A DNA stretch of 64,000 bases from a bacterium (GCA_036833455.1 DAITPU010000001.1:116397-180396), one strand, 5' to 3'. Shown: positions 22,806 to 32,743, counted from the first letter of the stretch. The notes: a model not told the origin generated them from the letters alone. Translations and numbers: made by a program.

Positions 22806-23502
22806 ACTCTTTTCTTAAATATCTATTTAAGAGAAAAGGGTACTTCCTACATTTATGTTCTATTATACTTGATGAATGGTGTGCTTCAGGATATTTTAAT
22901 CCTTTCAACATTAAATTTCTTTCATGGACCTCATGAAGTAAAACAAACTTTCTTTCTCTCTTTGATAAATCATCATCTAACCATATTTCTCCTTTTGGAA
23001 CAAAATTATAAACTTTATCATGACCTCCCTCAGTAAAGTCAATAAAATAAAAATCACGAACAAGTTCTCCATTAACAACCCAAACTTTAAGATTATCAGA
23101 GCTATATTTTTTTAATAATTTTTTATGAATTCCTTTTAAAAGATTTTTTCTATAATTTTTTTTATACTTTAAAAAATAAGAAGATTTCATTCTTTCTTTT
23201 TGCTCTGAAGAATCTGCTTTTATTATTGCTTTTTTATAATTCATTCCTCTTGACATTAAAAAATATTCAGTAATTAAATGATTTATATAAAAAGTGAATT
23301 CCCCTGGAGAAAATTCTTTATCTAACCAAAATTCTTTTTTTGGAATAAACTTAAATCTAAAATGTTGGCCAAAATTAGTAAATTCTTCATTTAGATTTTT
23401 TCTTACATAAGATCCATCCACTATAAAAACTTCAAATTCTCCAACAGAGATTAATTTAGAAAGATAAGGTTTTCTCATTATTCCTTCTCCAAAATTTCGC
23501 AT
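22792..23502 (-). CDS. hypothetical protein with internal tandem duplication of about 75 aa; second copy carries HEVHE (HExxH)
   Basis: Repeat 1 FEVFIVDGSYVR...FIPKKEFWLD...INHLITEYFLM. Repeat 2 LKVWVVNGELVR...FVPKGEIWLD...LLHEVHERNLM. Confidence 0.4.
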   Translation of the reverse strand: MRNFGEGIMRKPYLSKLISVGEFEVFIVDGSYVRKNLNEEFTNFGQHFRFKFIPKKEFWLDKEFSPGEFTFYINHLITEYFLMSRGMNYKKAIIKADSSEQKERMKSSYFLKYKKNYRKNLLKGIHKKLLKKYSSDNLKVWVVNGELVRDFYFIDFTEGGHDKVYNFVPKGEIWLDDDLSKRERKFVLLHEVHERNLMLKGLKYPEAHHSSSIIEHKCRKYPFLLNRYLRKEFKNT

Positions 23503-24143
23503 TTAAATCCTTCAGCTTCACAAAGTTCCTTAAATTCTTTGGCATTCTCTTCAGATCCTACAATAGATCCCCAATGCATCGGAACTACTAAAGAAGGTTT
23601 TATTATTTTTACCGCTTCTAATGCTTCCTCTGGATTCATGGTAAACCTCCCTCCTACGGGAAGCAATGCTACAAAAGTTTTATTTGGTTGCTTGTATCCA
23701 GTAAGTTTTTGCATTTCAGGAATAACATCTGTATCTCCAGAATGATAAACAATAACATTGTCCATTTTTATTACATACCCAATCAATCCTTCTGATTTTC
23801 CGTGAAAGGGTTTATCTACATTATAAGCAGGTATACAATTTAATTTTACTTCTCCAAAGTCAAATTCTTGACCCGCTTCAGCAAGTTCCATCCTTATGGG
23901 TTTTTGAAAACGAGCTATCTTACTTTGAGCATCCGCAGTTAAAACTATTTTGGTTCCTTTTTGGATGATCTTATCTATATCTTCAAAACTACAATGGTCA
24001 TAATGCCCATGAGTAATCAAAATTAAATCTGCCTTGGGCAATCCTTCTTTTATCCTATAAGGATCTACATAAATAACTTTTGAATTTTTAATAAGAAAAC
24101 CCGCATGGCCCAGCCAACTGATTTCAACTCCCCCTATATTCAT
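23478..24143 (-). CDS. metallo-beta-lactamase-fold hydrolase (UPF0173-like)
   Basis: LILITHGHYDHC (HxHxDH), downstream HSGDTD and PMHWG. Confidence 0.7.
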   Translation of the reverse strand: MNIGGVEISWLGHAGFLIKNSKVIYVDPYRIKEGLPKADLILITHGHYDHCSFEDIDKIIQKGTKIVLTADAQSKIARFQKPIRMELAEAGQEFDFGEVKLNCIPAYNVDKPFHGKSEGLIGYVIKMDNVIVYHSGDTDVIPEMQKLTGYKQPNKTFVALLPVGGRFTMNPEEALEAVKIIKPSLVVPMHWGSIVGSEENAKEFKELCEAEGFKCEILEKE

Positions 24144-24167
24144 AAGTTAAAATAATCAAACTAGTTT

Positions 24168-25223
24168 TTAAGAGTTTTTATTCAAATATTCCATAATTCT
24201 ATTCTTAAATTTTTGAAAGTCTTCAGATTTTATTCTTGCTGCTGCTGCAGGAAAATGTCCTCCACCACTAGCCTCTTCCAAACCATTACAAGCATATTGC
24301 ATTAAAGAACCCATATCTTCATTTTTACCTTGATTTCTCGCAGAAATTTTCATAACTCCATTTGTTCTTCTATAAAAAATAAAAGAATAATCTGGTTTTA
24401 TTTTAGAAATTAAACTTGAAACATAAGAAGTTAATTCATATTTAGAATCAATCTCATAAAAGTAAACTTTTTCTTCAGGAAAAAATTCTTTTTTATCCGA
24501 AAAATCTTCAACAATCCTATCAACTTCTTCCTCAATTATATCGTGTATTCTATCCAATTCTTCTAAATCTCTTTTTTTTATCAAATCGTAAACATAAGAA
24601 ACATTCATTTTATAATAAACTAAGGCTGAAGAAATTTTTCTTGCAATTCTTCCTGGAACAGAACTAGAAATATTTTCTAAACTAACTTCTGGGTAAATCT
24701 TCATTATGTATTCTAAATTTTCGGATTTATTATAAGAAAATTCTGAAAAGAGTGTTGAACATAAAAGCCAATCCCACTCTGAAGAATCAAATACTTCTCT
24801 TCCCAAATCAAAAACTGTCAAAGCAGAGCAATCTTCAGAAATAGTTTTTATAATTTTATTAAATCCATAAACATTAGAACTCATGGGATGATGATCAATT
24901 AAAAAAACGTCCATCTTTGTTCTTAATTCAACATATCCTTCAAAATCAATAGAATCAACCCCTAAATCACAAAAGAAAACTTTAGTTATGCCCTTCCCTT
25001 CTAAAGTATAAATTACTTCTTTGATCATATTAGGATTGATACTTAAAAAATCAATATACTCTATCTTTAAATTCTTCTTTTCAAGAATTTTTTCCAAAAA
25101 GACTGCAGAAGCAATTCCATCTAAATCATTGTGAGTCAAAATAGCTATCTTATCTCTGAAAGTAATTAAATCAACAAACTCAAAAAATTCTTTCTTACTT
25201 CCCTTCAAATACTCTATGCGCAT
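24168..25223 (-). CDS. DHH/DHHA1-family phosphoesterase (NrnA-like)
   Basis: AILTHNDLDG, FLIDHHP, C-terminal GGGHFPAAAA (DHHA1 GGGH). Confidence 0.75.
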   Translation of the reverse strand: MRIEYLKGSKKEFFEFVDLITFRDKIAILTHNDLDGIASAVFLEKILEKKNLKIEYIDFLSINPNMIKEVIYTLEGKGITKVFFCDLGVDSIDFEGYVELRTKMDVFLIDHHPMSSNVYGFNKIIKTISEDCSALTVFDLGREVFDSSEWDWLLCSTLFSEFSYNKSENLEYIMKIYPEVSLENISSSVPGRIARKISSALVYYKMNVSYVYDLIKKRDLEELDRIHDIIEEEVDRIVEDFSDKKEFFPEEKVYFYEIDSKYELTSYVSSLISKIKPDYSFIFYRRTNGVMKISARNQGKNEDMGSLMQYACNGLEEASGGGHFPAAAARIKSEDFQKFKNRIMEYLNKNS

Positions 25224-25281
25224 AAAAAAGGAAAATCTTTATCCTTTTTATAAATTTAGTTAAAATAAAAATAAGGGATAA

Positions 25282-25368
25282 TTAATATTCCTCATCTTCA
25301 TCATCGAAGTCTTCATCATCTTCATCATCGAAGTCTTCATCATCCATATCTTGATATTCTTTAGGCAT
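25282..25368 (-). CDS. 28-aa poly-acidic peptide MPKEYQDMDDEDFDDEDDEDFDDEDEEY with a strong SD (GGAGGA); unannotated
   Basis: Read from the minus strand: ATG 8 nt after GGAGGATATTATT. Encoded by a 27-nt direct DNA repeat. Lies directly upstream of the DHH gene. Confidence 0.3.
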   Translation of the reverse strand: MPKEYQDMDDEDFDDEDDEDFDDEDEEY

Positions 25369-25549
25369 AATAATATCCTCCGTTTAATTAAATTTGTATT
25401 TTTCTAAGTTATTTTAAACCTTTCGTGTAACCAAAAGTTACAAATAAAAAAAGAAAAATTTAAGAAGGGTCATTTACAGAAAAACCTATCTTCTAGAGTA
25501 TAGAAATTTGAAGGTATAAGTTTAAATATTTCAAAAAACTATATTCTTA

Positions 25550-25768
25550 ATGGTAATGGAATCAAATGCTTATTTAAATGCTCTAAAAAAACAGCGTGGA
25601 GAAATGGATAAAATCCATGTTGCTAAATCAAGAAGTTCGGAAATTTTAGAAAAGCAGGATAAAAAATGTGCTAAATGTCACAAATCTTTAAGAGCCCCAT
25701 TTTACAAACTTGTGGGTAAAGAATTTATTTGTTCTGATTGTCTTGTTCAAATGGCCCCCAGAAGATAA
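25550..25768 (+). CDS. small zinc-ribbon protein
   Basis: CAKCH...CSDC (CxxC-x20-CxxC). Confidence 0.4.
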   Translation: MVMESNAYLNALKKQRGEMDKIHVAKSRSSEILEKQDKKCAKCHKSLRAPFYKLVGKEFICSDCLVQMAPRR

Positions 25769-25783
25769 AATTATTTATAAAAA

Positions 25784-27094
25784 TTAAGGACTTAATCTCC
25801 TCATTTTCCTAGGGAAAGCAATTGCATCCTTAATATCTTTTAAACCACATATCCAAGAAATAACTCTCTCAACACCCATTCCAAATCCTCCATGAGGAAT
25901 AGAACCATACCTTCTAGAATCAAAATAAAATTCATAATTATCAAGTTTCTCTCCTTCTCTCTTTAAATTTTCTTTTATAACTTCTATATTTTCTTCTCTT
26001 TGGGAGGCACCAAATAATTCTCCATAACCTTCAGGACCTATAACATCAAACCCTTGAACTGTTTTTTCCTTTTCTGACTTACTCCTTGTTTCTGGAGATT
26101 CTTTCATATAAAACGCTTTAACTGCCTTAGGATAATCTGTAACAATTATAGGTGTATCAAAAAGTTCACTTAATTTATCTTCTTCAACAGTTCTCAAATC
26201 TTTTCCCCACGGAATTTCAAATTTAAAATTTTTCTTCAATAAATTTAATGCTTCTGTATAAGTTATTTTAGGAAAATCTTTTTTAATAGTTGCCTTCAAA
26301 GTTTTAGTATCTCTTTCCAAAATTTTTAATTCTTCCTCATTATTCTCCAAAACTTTTTTTACTATATGCTTCATTAAACCTTCTGCATATTCCTGGAGAT
26401 TTTCAAAAGTGGACCAAGCAACTTCCATTTCAGCGTGCCAATATTCAGTTAGGTGTCTTGAAGTATTTGATTTTTCTGCTCTAAATGAAGGAGCTATACA
26501 ATAAATTTTTTCCAAAGCAAAAATAGCAGTTTCTGCATGGAGTTGCCAGGTTTGTGCCAGGTAAGCTTTTTTATCAAAATATTTAACTTCAAAAACAGAT
26601 GAACCTGATTCTCCTGCAGCGCTTAAAATTGTTGGACTTTGAAATTCGTAAAAACCCTTATCTCTAAAATATTCATGAATTGCTCCAAAAACACTATGCC
26701 TAATCTTCATAATTGCAGTCATCTTCCGACTTCTCAACCACAAATGTCTTCTATCCCCTAAAAGCTCTTCGTTCAAATCTTTATTTATAGGATAATCTTC
26801 AGCAATATGAACAATATTTATTTTACTAACTTCAATTTCATAACCAGTTGGAGCTCTCTTATCTTCCTTTATCTCTCCTTCCAATTCAACAGAACTTTCA
26901 ATTTTTAATTTATTGATTTCGTTCCATTGATTTTCAAAATTTTCTCTTTTCAAAATACATTGAATAATATTTGTAGAATCTCTTAAAACTAAAAAATACA
27001 TTTTATTAGAACCCCGTTCTCTGTAAATCCAACCCCGCACAGCTACTTTCCCTTTGCCTTTTTTCATCGCATCAGAAATTGAAATAAACTTCAT
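25784..27094 (-). CDS. asnS: asparaginyl-tRNA synthetase
   Basis: N-terminal OB domain, class II motifs FRAEKSNTSRHLTEYWHAEME, GFGMGVERV, QTWQLHAE. Confidence 0.8.
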   Translation of the reverse strand: MKFISISDAMKKGKGKVAVRGWIYRERGSNKMYFLVLRDSTNIIQCILKRENFENQWNEINKLKIESSVELEGEIKEDKRAPTGYEIEVSKINIVHIAEDYPINKDLNEELLGDRRHLWLRSRKMTAIMKIRHSVFGAIHEYFRDKGFYEFQSPTILSAAGESGSSVFEVKYFDKKAYLAQTWQLHAETAIFALEKIYCIAPSFRAEKSNTSRHLTEYWHAEMEVAWSTFENLQEYAEGLMKHIVKKVLENNEEELKILERDTKTLKATIKKDFPKITYTEALNLLKKNFKFEIPWGKDLRTVEEDKLSELFDTPIIVTDYPKAVKAFYMKESPETRSKSEKEKTVQGFDVIGPEGYGELFGASQREENIEVIKENLKREGEKLDNYEFYFDSRRYGSIPHGGFGMGVERVISWICGLKDIKDAIAFPRKMRRLSP

Positions 27095-27133
27095 AAGAAA
27101 ATTAATTTTTCAAGGTTTAATAATATTTTGAAA

Positions 27134-27859
27134 TTAAATTTCATATATTGATCCCGTACAATTATAATCTTTTTTATGGGAAGAAGAAATATCTATCTCT
27201 CCCCTAAACCAACTATTTACAAAATAACTAAAGTTATCCAATGGATAGTAACAAGTAGAATTTTTATATTCAGCCAAAGAATCATACTGTTCGTTTATTT
27301 CTTCTAAAGAAAGCCATATTTCTTCTTCACTGAGTCCTTGAGAAAATAATTCTTGTTTAAATTCCTCGCTATAAGTTATATTCGTCTCACCATAGTATGA
27401 AAAAAGTTTACATCTTTCGTTTTCAATCCCCCTTATTTCATAGTATCCTTCGGTACTTTGCAAAACTCCAAAAAATTCGAAATTAAAAACATTGGTAAAA
27501 TTTGAAGGTATACATTTTTCAGAAGCAAGAATAAAACAACTTTCATTATAACTACAATCCCAAAATACAGGCTCGGGATTAAAATAATAATCTAAAAAAG
27601 TTATAAATGCAAAAAGAAAAATTATTCCCAAAACAAAGAGTAAAAATTTAAGAAAATTTTTTTTCCTTTCAACTGATCTCATTTTTTTTTCTAATTTTTT
27701 TCTTCTAATTTTAGGAGCTGGATCAAATACAATTTCCGCAGCTTTATTTATTTCATACTCACTAAATCCTCTATCTAATAAATTCCTTTTTATAGAACTC
27801 AAATTATGTCCTTTTTCTTTCCACTTTTCAAGATAATTTATTATTTCCTGATTAGCCAT
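27134..27859 (-). CDS. single-pass membrane protein with Cys-rich extracytoplasmic domain, hypothetical
   Basis: One TM (FLKFLLFVLGIIFLFAFITF) followed by a Cys/Tyr/Asn-rich domain with N-glycosylation-like sequons. Confidence 0.4.
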   Translation of the reverse strand: MANQEIINYLEKWKEKGHNLSSIKRNLLDRGFSEYEINKAAEIVFDPAPKIRRKKLEKKMRSVERKKNFLKFLLFVLGIIFLFAFITFLDYYFNPEPVFWDCSYNESCFILASEKCIPSNFTNVFNFEFFGVLQSTEGYYEIRGIENERCKLFSYYGETNITYSEEFKQELFSQGLSEEEIWLSLEEINEQYDSLAEYKNSTCYYPLDNFSYFVNSWFRGEIDISSSHKKDYNCTGSIYEI

Positions 27860-27891
27860 TATAAAATTAAAGAAATCAAGATTATAAAAAT

Positions 27892-29172
27892 CTATGGAGT
27901 GAGTCTTCTTCGATCTCTAGGAAAGAGAGTAACTTCTCTTATATTTTCAACACCCAATATGGCTTGAGAGAGACGTTCTAACCCGATACTCCATCCTGAG
28001 TGCATTGGAGCCCCATATCTGAAAGCATCTACGTACCAACTAAAATCTTTTGGATTTAAACCTTTATTTTTAAGTTGCTTAATTAAAATTTCTGCAACAT
28101 GTACTCTTTGGCCTCCTGAACTTATTTCCAATCCCCCATAAAGAGCATCAAAACCTCCGGAAACTTTTTCATTTTTTGGCCAGATATAAAATGGTTTTAT
28201 TGAAGAGGGCCATTCATAAGTAAAAACTATTGAATTCGGAAATAATTCGCAAAGTTTCTTTTCTGCAGAAGGATCAAAATCTTCCCCTTCTTTCATTTTA
28301 AAACCATTTTTATTTAAAATTTCAAGCGCTTCAGAATATTTCAAATATTTAGATTTAGGTACCTTCAAATCTAATTTTAAAATCTTTAATTCTTTCTCAC
28401 AATCTTTTAAAATTTTTTTAACAATAAATTGAACGCTCTTTTCCAAATAATTCATAACTTGCATATCATCGCAAAAACCTATTTCTATATCCATCTGCCT
28501 AATTTCATTTATATGTCTCGTAGTATCATGTTTTTCTGCTCTCCAAATAGGACCAGTTGAGAAAACTTTTTCTAATGAAATAGCCATTAATTGTTTATAC
28601 AGTTGAGGAGATTGCGCCAAATATGCATCTTTATCAAAATATTTTATTTTAAATAAGTCTGTTCCTCCCTCTGTAGAAGTTGCTATAATTCCGGGCGGTT
28701 GAATTTCCATAAACCCTTCTTTATAAAAAAATTCCCTAAATCCATTTATAATTGTAGATTGTATTCTAAATCTAGCAGCAACCTCTGGTTTTCTTAAATC
28801 TAAAGAACGATTGTCTAATCGATTCATTAAATCTGTATTAGTAGTTTTTTCATTTACATGAATAGGAAGTTTTTCTGCTTTATTCAAAATTTTTAACTCA
28901 TGAACAAAAACTTCTAAATTGGATAAAACAAAATCAGCTTTGACTTTTGCTTCTTTAACTTCCCCCACAATTTCAACTACACTCTCTAAACTTAAATTTT
29001 CAATTTCTTTCAAAAGTTCTTCTTTAACAACACATTGAACAATTCCTGTATTATCTCTCAATAGAATAAACTTTAATTTTGACAATCCTCTAATTTCATG
29101 GATCCATCCTTTAATTAAAACTTTTTTTTCTGGTCTTAATTTTTCAATATAACTTCTCTCCATATCAATCAA
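27892..29172 (-). CDS. aspS: aspartyl-tRNA synthetase (archaeal/eukaryotic type)
   Basis: QSPQLYKQLM, WRAEKHDTTRHINEIRQMDIE, GLERL motifs; N-terminal OB domain. Confidence 0.85.
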   Translation of the reverse strand: MIDMERSYIEKLRPEKKVLIKGWIHEIRGLSKLKFILLRDNTGIVQCVVKEELLKEIENLSLESVVEIVGEVKEAKVKADFVLSNLEVFVHELKILNKAEKLPIHVNEKTTNTDLMNRLDNRSLDLRKPEVAARFRIQSTIINGFREFFYKEGFMEIQPPGIIATSTEGGTDLFKIKYFDKDAYLAQSPQLYKQLMAISLEKVFSTGPIWRAEKHDTTRHINEIRQMDIEIGFCDDMQVMNYLEKSVQFIVKKILKDCEKELKILKLDLKVPKSKYLKYSEALEILNKNGFKMKEGEDFDPSAEKKLCELFPNSIVFTYEWPSSIKPFYIWPKNEKVSGGFDALYGGLEISSGGQRVHVAEILIKQLKNKGLNPKDFSWYVDAFRYGAPMHSGWSIGLERLSQAILGVENIREVTLFPRDRRRLTP

Positions 29173-29193
29173 AAAGAAGAAGGATTTATTAAA

Positions 29194-29583
29194 TTATTCT
29201 TTCTTACTCTCATAAATTAATTTTGCTTCTCCAGAAAAAGTTCCATTACTATTTTTAACCCAATAGTGGCTTGTCTTTTCCAAATTTGAAACAGAATAAG
29301 TAAAATCTAAATTTCCATCTAAATCATAGTCAAAAAAAACCGGATTTATTATATTTCCCGGAATTATTCTTAAGGTATCTGGAGTTTGAAAATAAAAAGA
29401 GTCCAAACTTTTAGTTCTAGATAAAATTGCGGAATAATTCTTTCCTTCATTTTTATAAGAAATAAAACTCAATTTCTCAATTAGATTATCCCCTCTCAAA
29501 TCGTGTTCCCCTAAAAATTTTTCCTTTTCGCAACCCGAGGTAAATCCAATTCCAATCATAAAAGCCAATAAAAATTTTTTCAT
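29194..29583 (-). CDS. small secreted lipoprotein with DxDxDG calcium-binding-like motif
   Basis: Signal peptide plus lipobox (GFTSGC), FDYDLDGNLDF. Confidence 0.4.
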   Translation of the reverse strand: MKKFLLAFMIGIGFTSGCEKEKFLGEHDLRGDNLIEKLSFISYKNEGKNYSAILSRTKSLDSFYFQTPDTLRIIPGNIINPVFFDYDLDGNLDFTYSVSNLEKTSHYWVKNSNGTFSGEAKLIYESKKE

Positions 29584-29613
29584 GGATTTAATTAGAATAA
29601 AGTATATTTAAAT

Positions 29614-29937
29614 TTATTTGGGAATTTTATCGTAACCCCTCTTAAAATCTTCATAACTAGGCATATAAGAAGAAGGTTTATCTAAAACTTCACACAAAGA
29701 ATCCATTCTATATTGCTCGTTCTTACTAATAATTCCATTTAAATCATAATCTACATGTTTAATTAGGGATTTTCTATAAAATTCCTTGTCTTTCTGGATC
29801 TCTTTATTTTTATTAATTTCTATGCAACTTAAATAAGAAGAAATTCCAAAAAAAAGAATTAAAACAGATCTATCTAATATTCTGTTCAAATTATTAAACC
29901 TCTTTGAATTTTTCATCAAGAGATGACTGAATTTCAC
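29614..29937 (-). CDS. small secreted protein with canonical EF-hand loop
   Basis: Signal/anchor helix, DYDLNGIISKNE (DxDxNGxIxxxE). Confidence 0.4.
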   Translation of the reverse strand: MKFSHLLMKNSKRFNNLNRILDRSVLILFFGISSYLSCIEINKNKEIQKDKEFYRKSLIKHVDYDLNGIISKNEQYRMDSLCEVLDKPSSYMPSYEDFKRGYDKIPK

Positions 29938-29947
29938 TTTTTAAAAC

Positions 29948-31396
29948 TTATTGCTTTAAAAATTGATTAATAATTTTTGTGGCTTCTTCTCCACTTATCT
30001 GCCCCTTAAAATCCTTCATTATAAGCCCCATATAAGCATTAATACTTAAACCGGGTTTATCTTTAATAAGTTTAAAGATTTTCTCCCTTATTCCTTCTAT
30101 TTCAGGTTTATTTAATTTTATTGCTTCTTCTATATTCATGCCTGAAACAACTCTTTCTAATACTTGTTTTAAATCTGCCATATGCAACCTATCTTTGTAG
30201 ATTTTATCCAAAACAAAACTCAAGACATCTAAATTTAAAATTGATTCAATTTCTTCTAAATCCCTTTTTTCTCTAGAAGCAATTTCTTTAGGAAAAACTA
30301 AAAGCAATTTTCCAATTAGAGGAGCATTTCCATGTAAAGAATAAAGCTCTTTGAACTCATTTAATTTCCTATATTTGAATAAAAGATGAATCATTTCTTC
30401 ACTCAATCCTTTACTTTTTAAATCATCTTGAATTTCTCTTCTAAGTCTTGGCAAATTTTTCTTGACTAAATTTATTTTTTCTCTTGAAATTTTTAAAAGT
30501 TCTAAATCAGTTTCAGGATACATTCTGTGGGAACCCGGCATAGGACGAAGAAATTCTGTATTTCCATCTGGCAAACAATTTCTAACTTCAGACTGATTTT
30601 TTTGCCCTGAATCCAAAATTTTTTTTTGCCTTAAAACTTCCATTTCAACGCATTTTTCCATGATATTTGGATCCTGAAAACCTTTTATTTCAACTCGATT
30701 TGAATTTTTAATTGAAATATTTAAATCCTGCCTAATTGTACCGATTCCTCTTCTTACCCTTGAACTCCTTAAAATTTCTCCTATTTTCAAGGCTGCCTCC
30801 TTAACATGCGAAGCGTTCTTTAAATCTGGTTTTGTGGATATTTCAACTAAAGGAATTCCTAAACGATCTAATCGATAAAAAACACTTCCTTCTTCTTTTT
30901 TTATTAGCCTACAAGAATCTTCTTCTAAATAAATTGAATCTATCCGAACTTTCCCGTGTGAAGTGTCAAAATAACCATTTCTAGCAATCATCACTGTTCT
31001 TTGAAAACCAGATGTATTTGAACCATCAATTACGGTTTTACGCATAATTTGAGAAATTGGAATTAACTCGCAATTAAAAAGCAAAGCGATTTCAATTGCA
31101 ATTTCTAAAGCTTCTTCATTTATTTTATGGGGTGGTTCTTCATCCAATTCAACTAAGCAGGTGGTATCATAACCTTGATAAAAAAAATCTTCTCCCTTTT
31201 GATGTTGGTATTTTGCGGCTAAATCGACAATTCCTGATTCTCCTGCAACCAAATGTAAATTCCTTTTAATTTCAAAAAGCGGATTATCACTCCTTAGAAT
31301 AGAAGGGCAATTACAAAAAAGTTTATTACTATCTAATTGTTGATGAATTTCAAGCCCTGCTTTAAAACCAATCTTTTCATATTCCTCGTCTTTCAT
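29948..31396 (-). CDS. gatE: Glu-tRNA(Gln) amidotransferase subunit E (GatE); unusually short at 482 aa
   Basis: N-terminal GLEIHQQL...KLFCNCPS of the GatB/GatE family; immediately adjacent to gatD. Confidence 0.6.
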   Translation of the reverse strand: MKDEEYEKIGFKAGLEIHQQLDSNKLFCNCPSILRSDNPLFEIKRNLHLVAGESGIVDLAAKYQHQKGEDFFYQGYDTTCLVELDEEPPHKINEEALEIAIEIALLFNCELIPISQIMRKTVIDGSNTSGFQRTVMIARNGYFDTSHGKVRIDSIYLEEDSCRLIKKEEGSVFYRLDRLGIPLVEISTKPDLKNASHVKEAALKIGEILRSSRVRRGIGTIRQDLNISIKNSNRVEIKGFQDPNIMEKCVEMEVLRQKKILDSGQKNQSEVRNCLPDGNTEFLRPMPGSHRMYPETDLELLKISREKINLVKKNLPRLRREIQDDLKSKGLSEEMIHLLFKYRKLNEFKELYSLHGNAPLIGKLLLVFPKEIASREKRDLEEIESILNLDVLSFVLDKIYKDRLHMADLKQVLERVVSGMNIEEAIKLNKPEIEGIREKIFKLIKDKPGLSINAYMGLIMKDFKGQISGEEATKIINQFLKQ

Positions 31397-31426
31397 ATAA
31401 TATCAAAATAAAAAGGATTTATTAAA

Positions 31427-32698
31427 TTATTCAAACTCAATTCTATCATTAATTTCCCAAGAAAAATTTTCTAACATTTTTTTTCTAATATCCCAATCCT
31501 TATGGCCCAAAACCCAACCTAATTTTACTAAAGCAGTTTCAGACAACATATCCTCTAAATAAAGAACTCCTGAATCAACTAATTCTCTTCCAGTAACATA
31601 AACATAAGGATTTGTTCTTCCAAAAATTGTTTGAGATGTTGCACAAACAAAAATTCCTTTTTTCTGAATTTCTTTTAATTTCTTTATCCAAGAATTCCTA
31701 GACCCAGAAGTTGCTATTTGTCCTAAACCCAACATTTCAATAATTAAACCTTTATAACCATTTTTTACATAATAATCTAAAATTTTTGGATCCTGCCCGG
31801 GATAAAATTTAATTAATCCAATTTTTTCTTCAAACTTAAAATCCAAAAAACTTTTTCTATTTTTATCAATTAATTTGTAATCAGAAATTTTTTTTATTGA
31901 ATCTCTACTTATTTCTAAAAAAGCTTTCCGATTAACTGGCTTAAATGCATCTCTTTTTGAAGAATGTAGTTTCCTGACTTTAGTTCCAGGAATACCCAAA
32001 CAAAAATAATCTTCTGAATTTGCATGTCCAACTACAACTACTTCAGCTATATTAGAAGTTGCAACTTTAGCTGCACATTCAAGATTTAATCTTGCATCAG
32101 AACTAGCTCTGTCCGTGCTCCTCTGAGAATACGTTAAAACCACAGGTTTATTCAAATCTCTAATAAAGAAACTTAATGCGGCAGAAGTAAAATGCAAGCT
32201 ATCCGTACCATGCAAAATGATTATCCCAGATATTGAAGAATCATTTAAATAATTACCACAAACTTTTGCTATTTTTTGCCAATCTTTAAAATCCAAATTT
32301 TCAGATCCCTTCATAAAAGGCACTTCTATTTTTTTTACGTTAACTAAATTAAATATTTCTGGATAATAAAGAAATAAATCTTCCGGACTTTCAACAAAAT
32401 CTACTCCTCCTTTTCCAGGGTTTAACCTTGAAGAAATAGTTCCACCAGTTACAATTAGAACAATGCCTGGCTTATCTAAATTTTCAGTAAAATTTAAATC
32501 TAGTTTTTTCTCTTCTTTAAAATTCTTTATTTTATTTATTTTCAATATATCTTTCTTATTAAATCCAATGTTATAACCATTCTCCAATTTTAATAAAATT
32601 AATCCGGATTCTGGGCTTTCCAAATAAGTACCCCTATATTTTTCTTTAGAAAGAGATATTTCAACAAAATCTCCTGAATCAAATTTTTGTTTTTCCAT
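31427..32698 (-). CDS. gatD: Glu-tRNA(Gln) amidotransferase subunit D (GatD; asparaginase-like)
   Basis: N-terminal extra domain then asparaginase motifs VTGGTISS and HGTDSL. Confidence 0.8.
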   Translation of the reverse strand: MEKQKFDSGDFVEISLSKEKYRGTYLESPESGLILLKLENGYNIGFNKKDILKINKIKNFKEEKKLDLNFTENLDKPGIVLIVTGGTISSRLNPGKGGVDFVESPEDLFLYYPEIFNLVNVKKIEVPFMKGSENLDFKDWQKIAKVCGNYLNDSSISGIIILHGTDSLHFTSAALSFFIRDLNKPVVLTYSQRSTDRASSDARLNLECAAKVATSNIAEVVVVGHANSEDYFCLGIPGTKVRKLHSSKRDAFKPVNRKAFLEISRDSIKKISDYKLIDKNRKSFLDFKFEEKIGLIKFYPGQDPKILDYYVKNGYKGLIIEMLGLGQIATSGSRNSWIKKLKEIQKKGIFVCATSQTIFGRTNPYVYVTGRELVDSGVLYLEDMLSETALVKLGWVLGHKDWDIRKKMLENFSWEINDRIEFE

Positions 32699-32743
32699 AA
32701 TAAGATTAAATAAATTGAAATTAAAAAAGTATTGTTATTTGAA

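Noticed and set aside
21711-29172. Considered whether KamA is an EpmB homologue paired with an EpmA-like LysRS paralogue among the nearby class II synthetases
   Set aside because: The two class II enzymes have N-terminal anticodon-binding OB domains and the AsnRS/AspRS signature motifs, so they are canonical synthetases; KamA is instead embedded in the Ddl/GNAT operon
29948-31396. Calling the 482-aa amidotransferase subunit GatB
   Set aside because: The N-terminal motifs (GLEIHQQL, LFCNCPS) and adjacency to the asparaginase-like GatD favour GatE despite the short length. This remains uncertain
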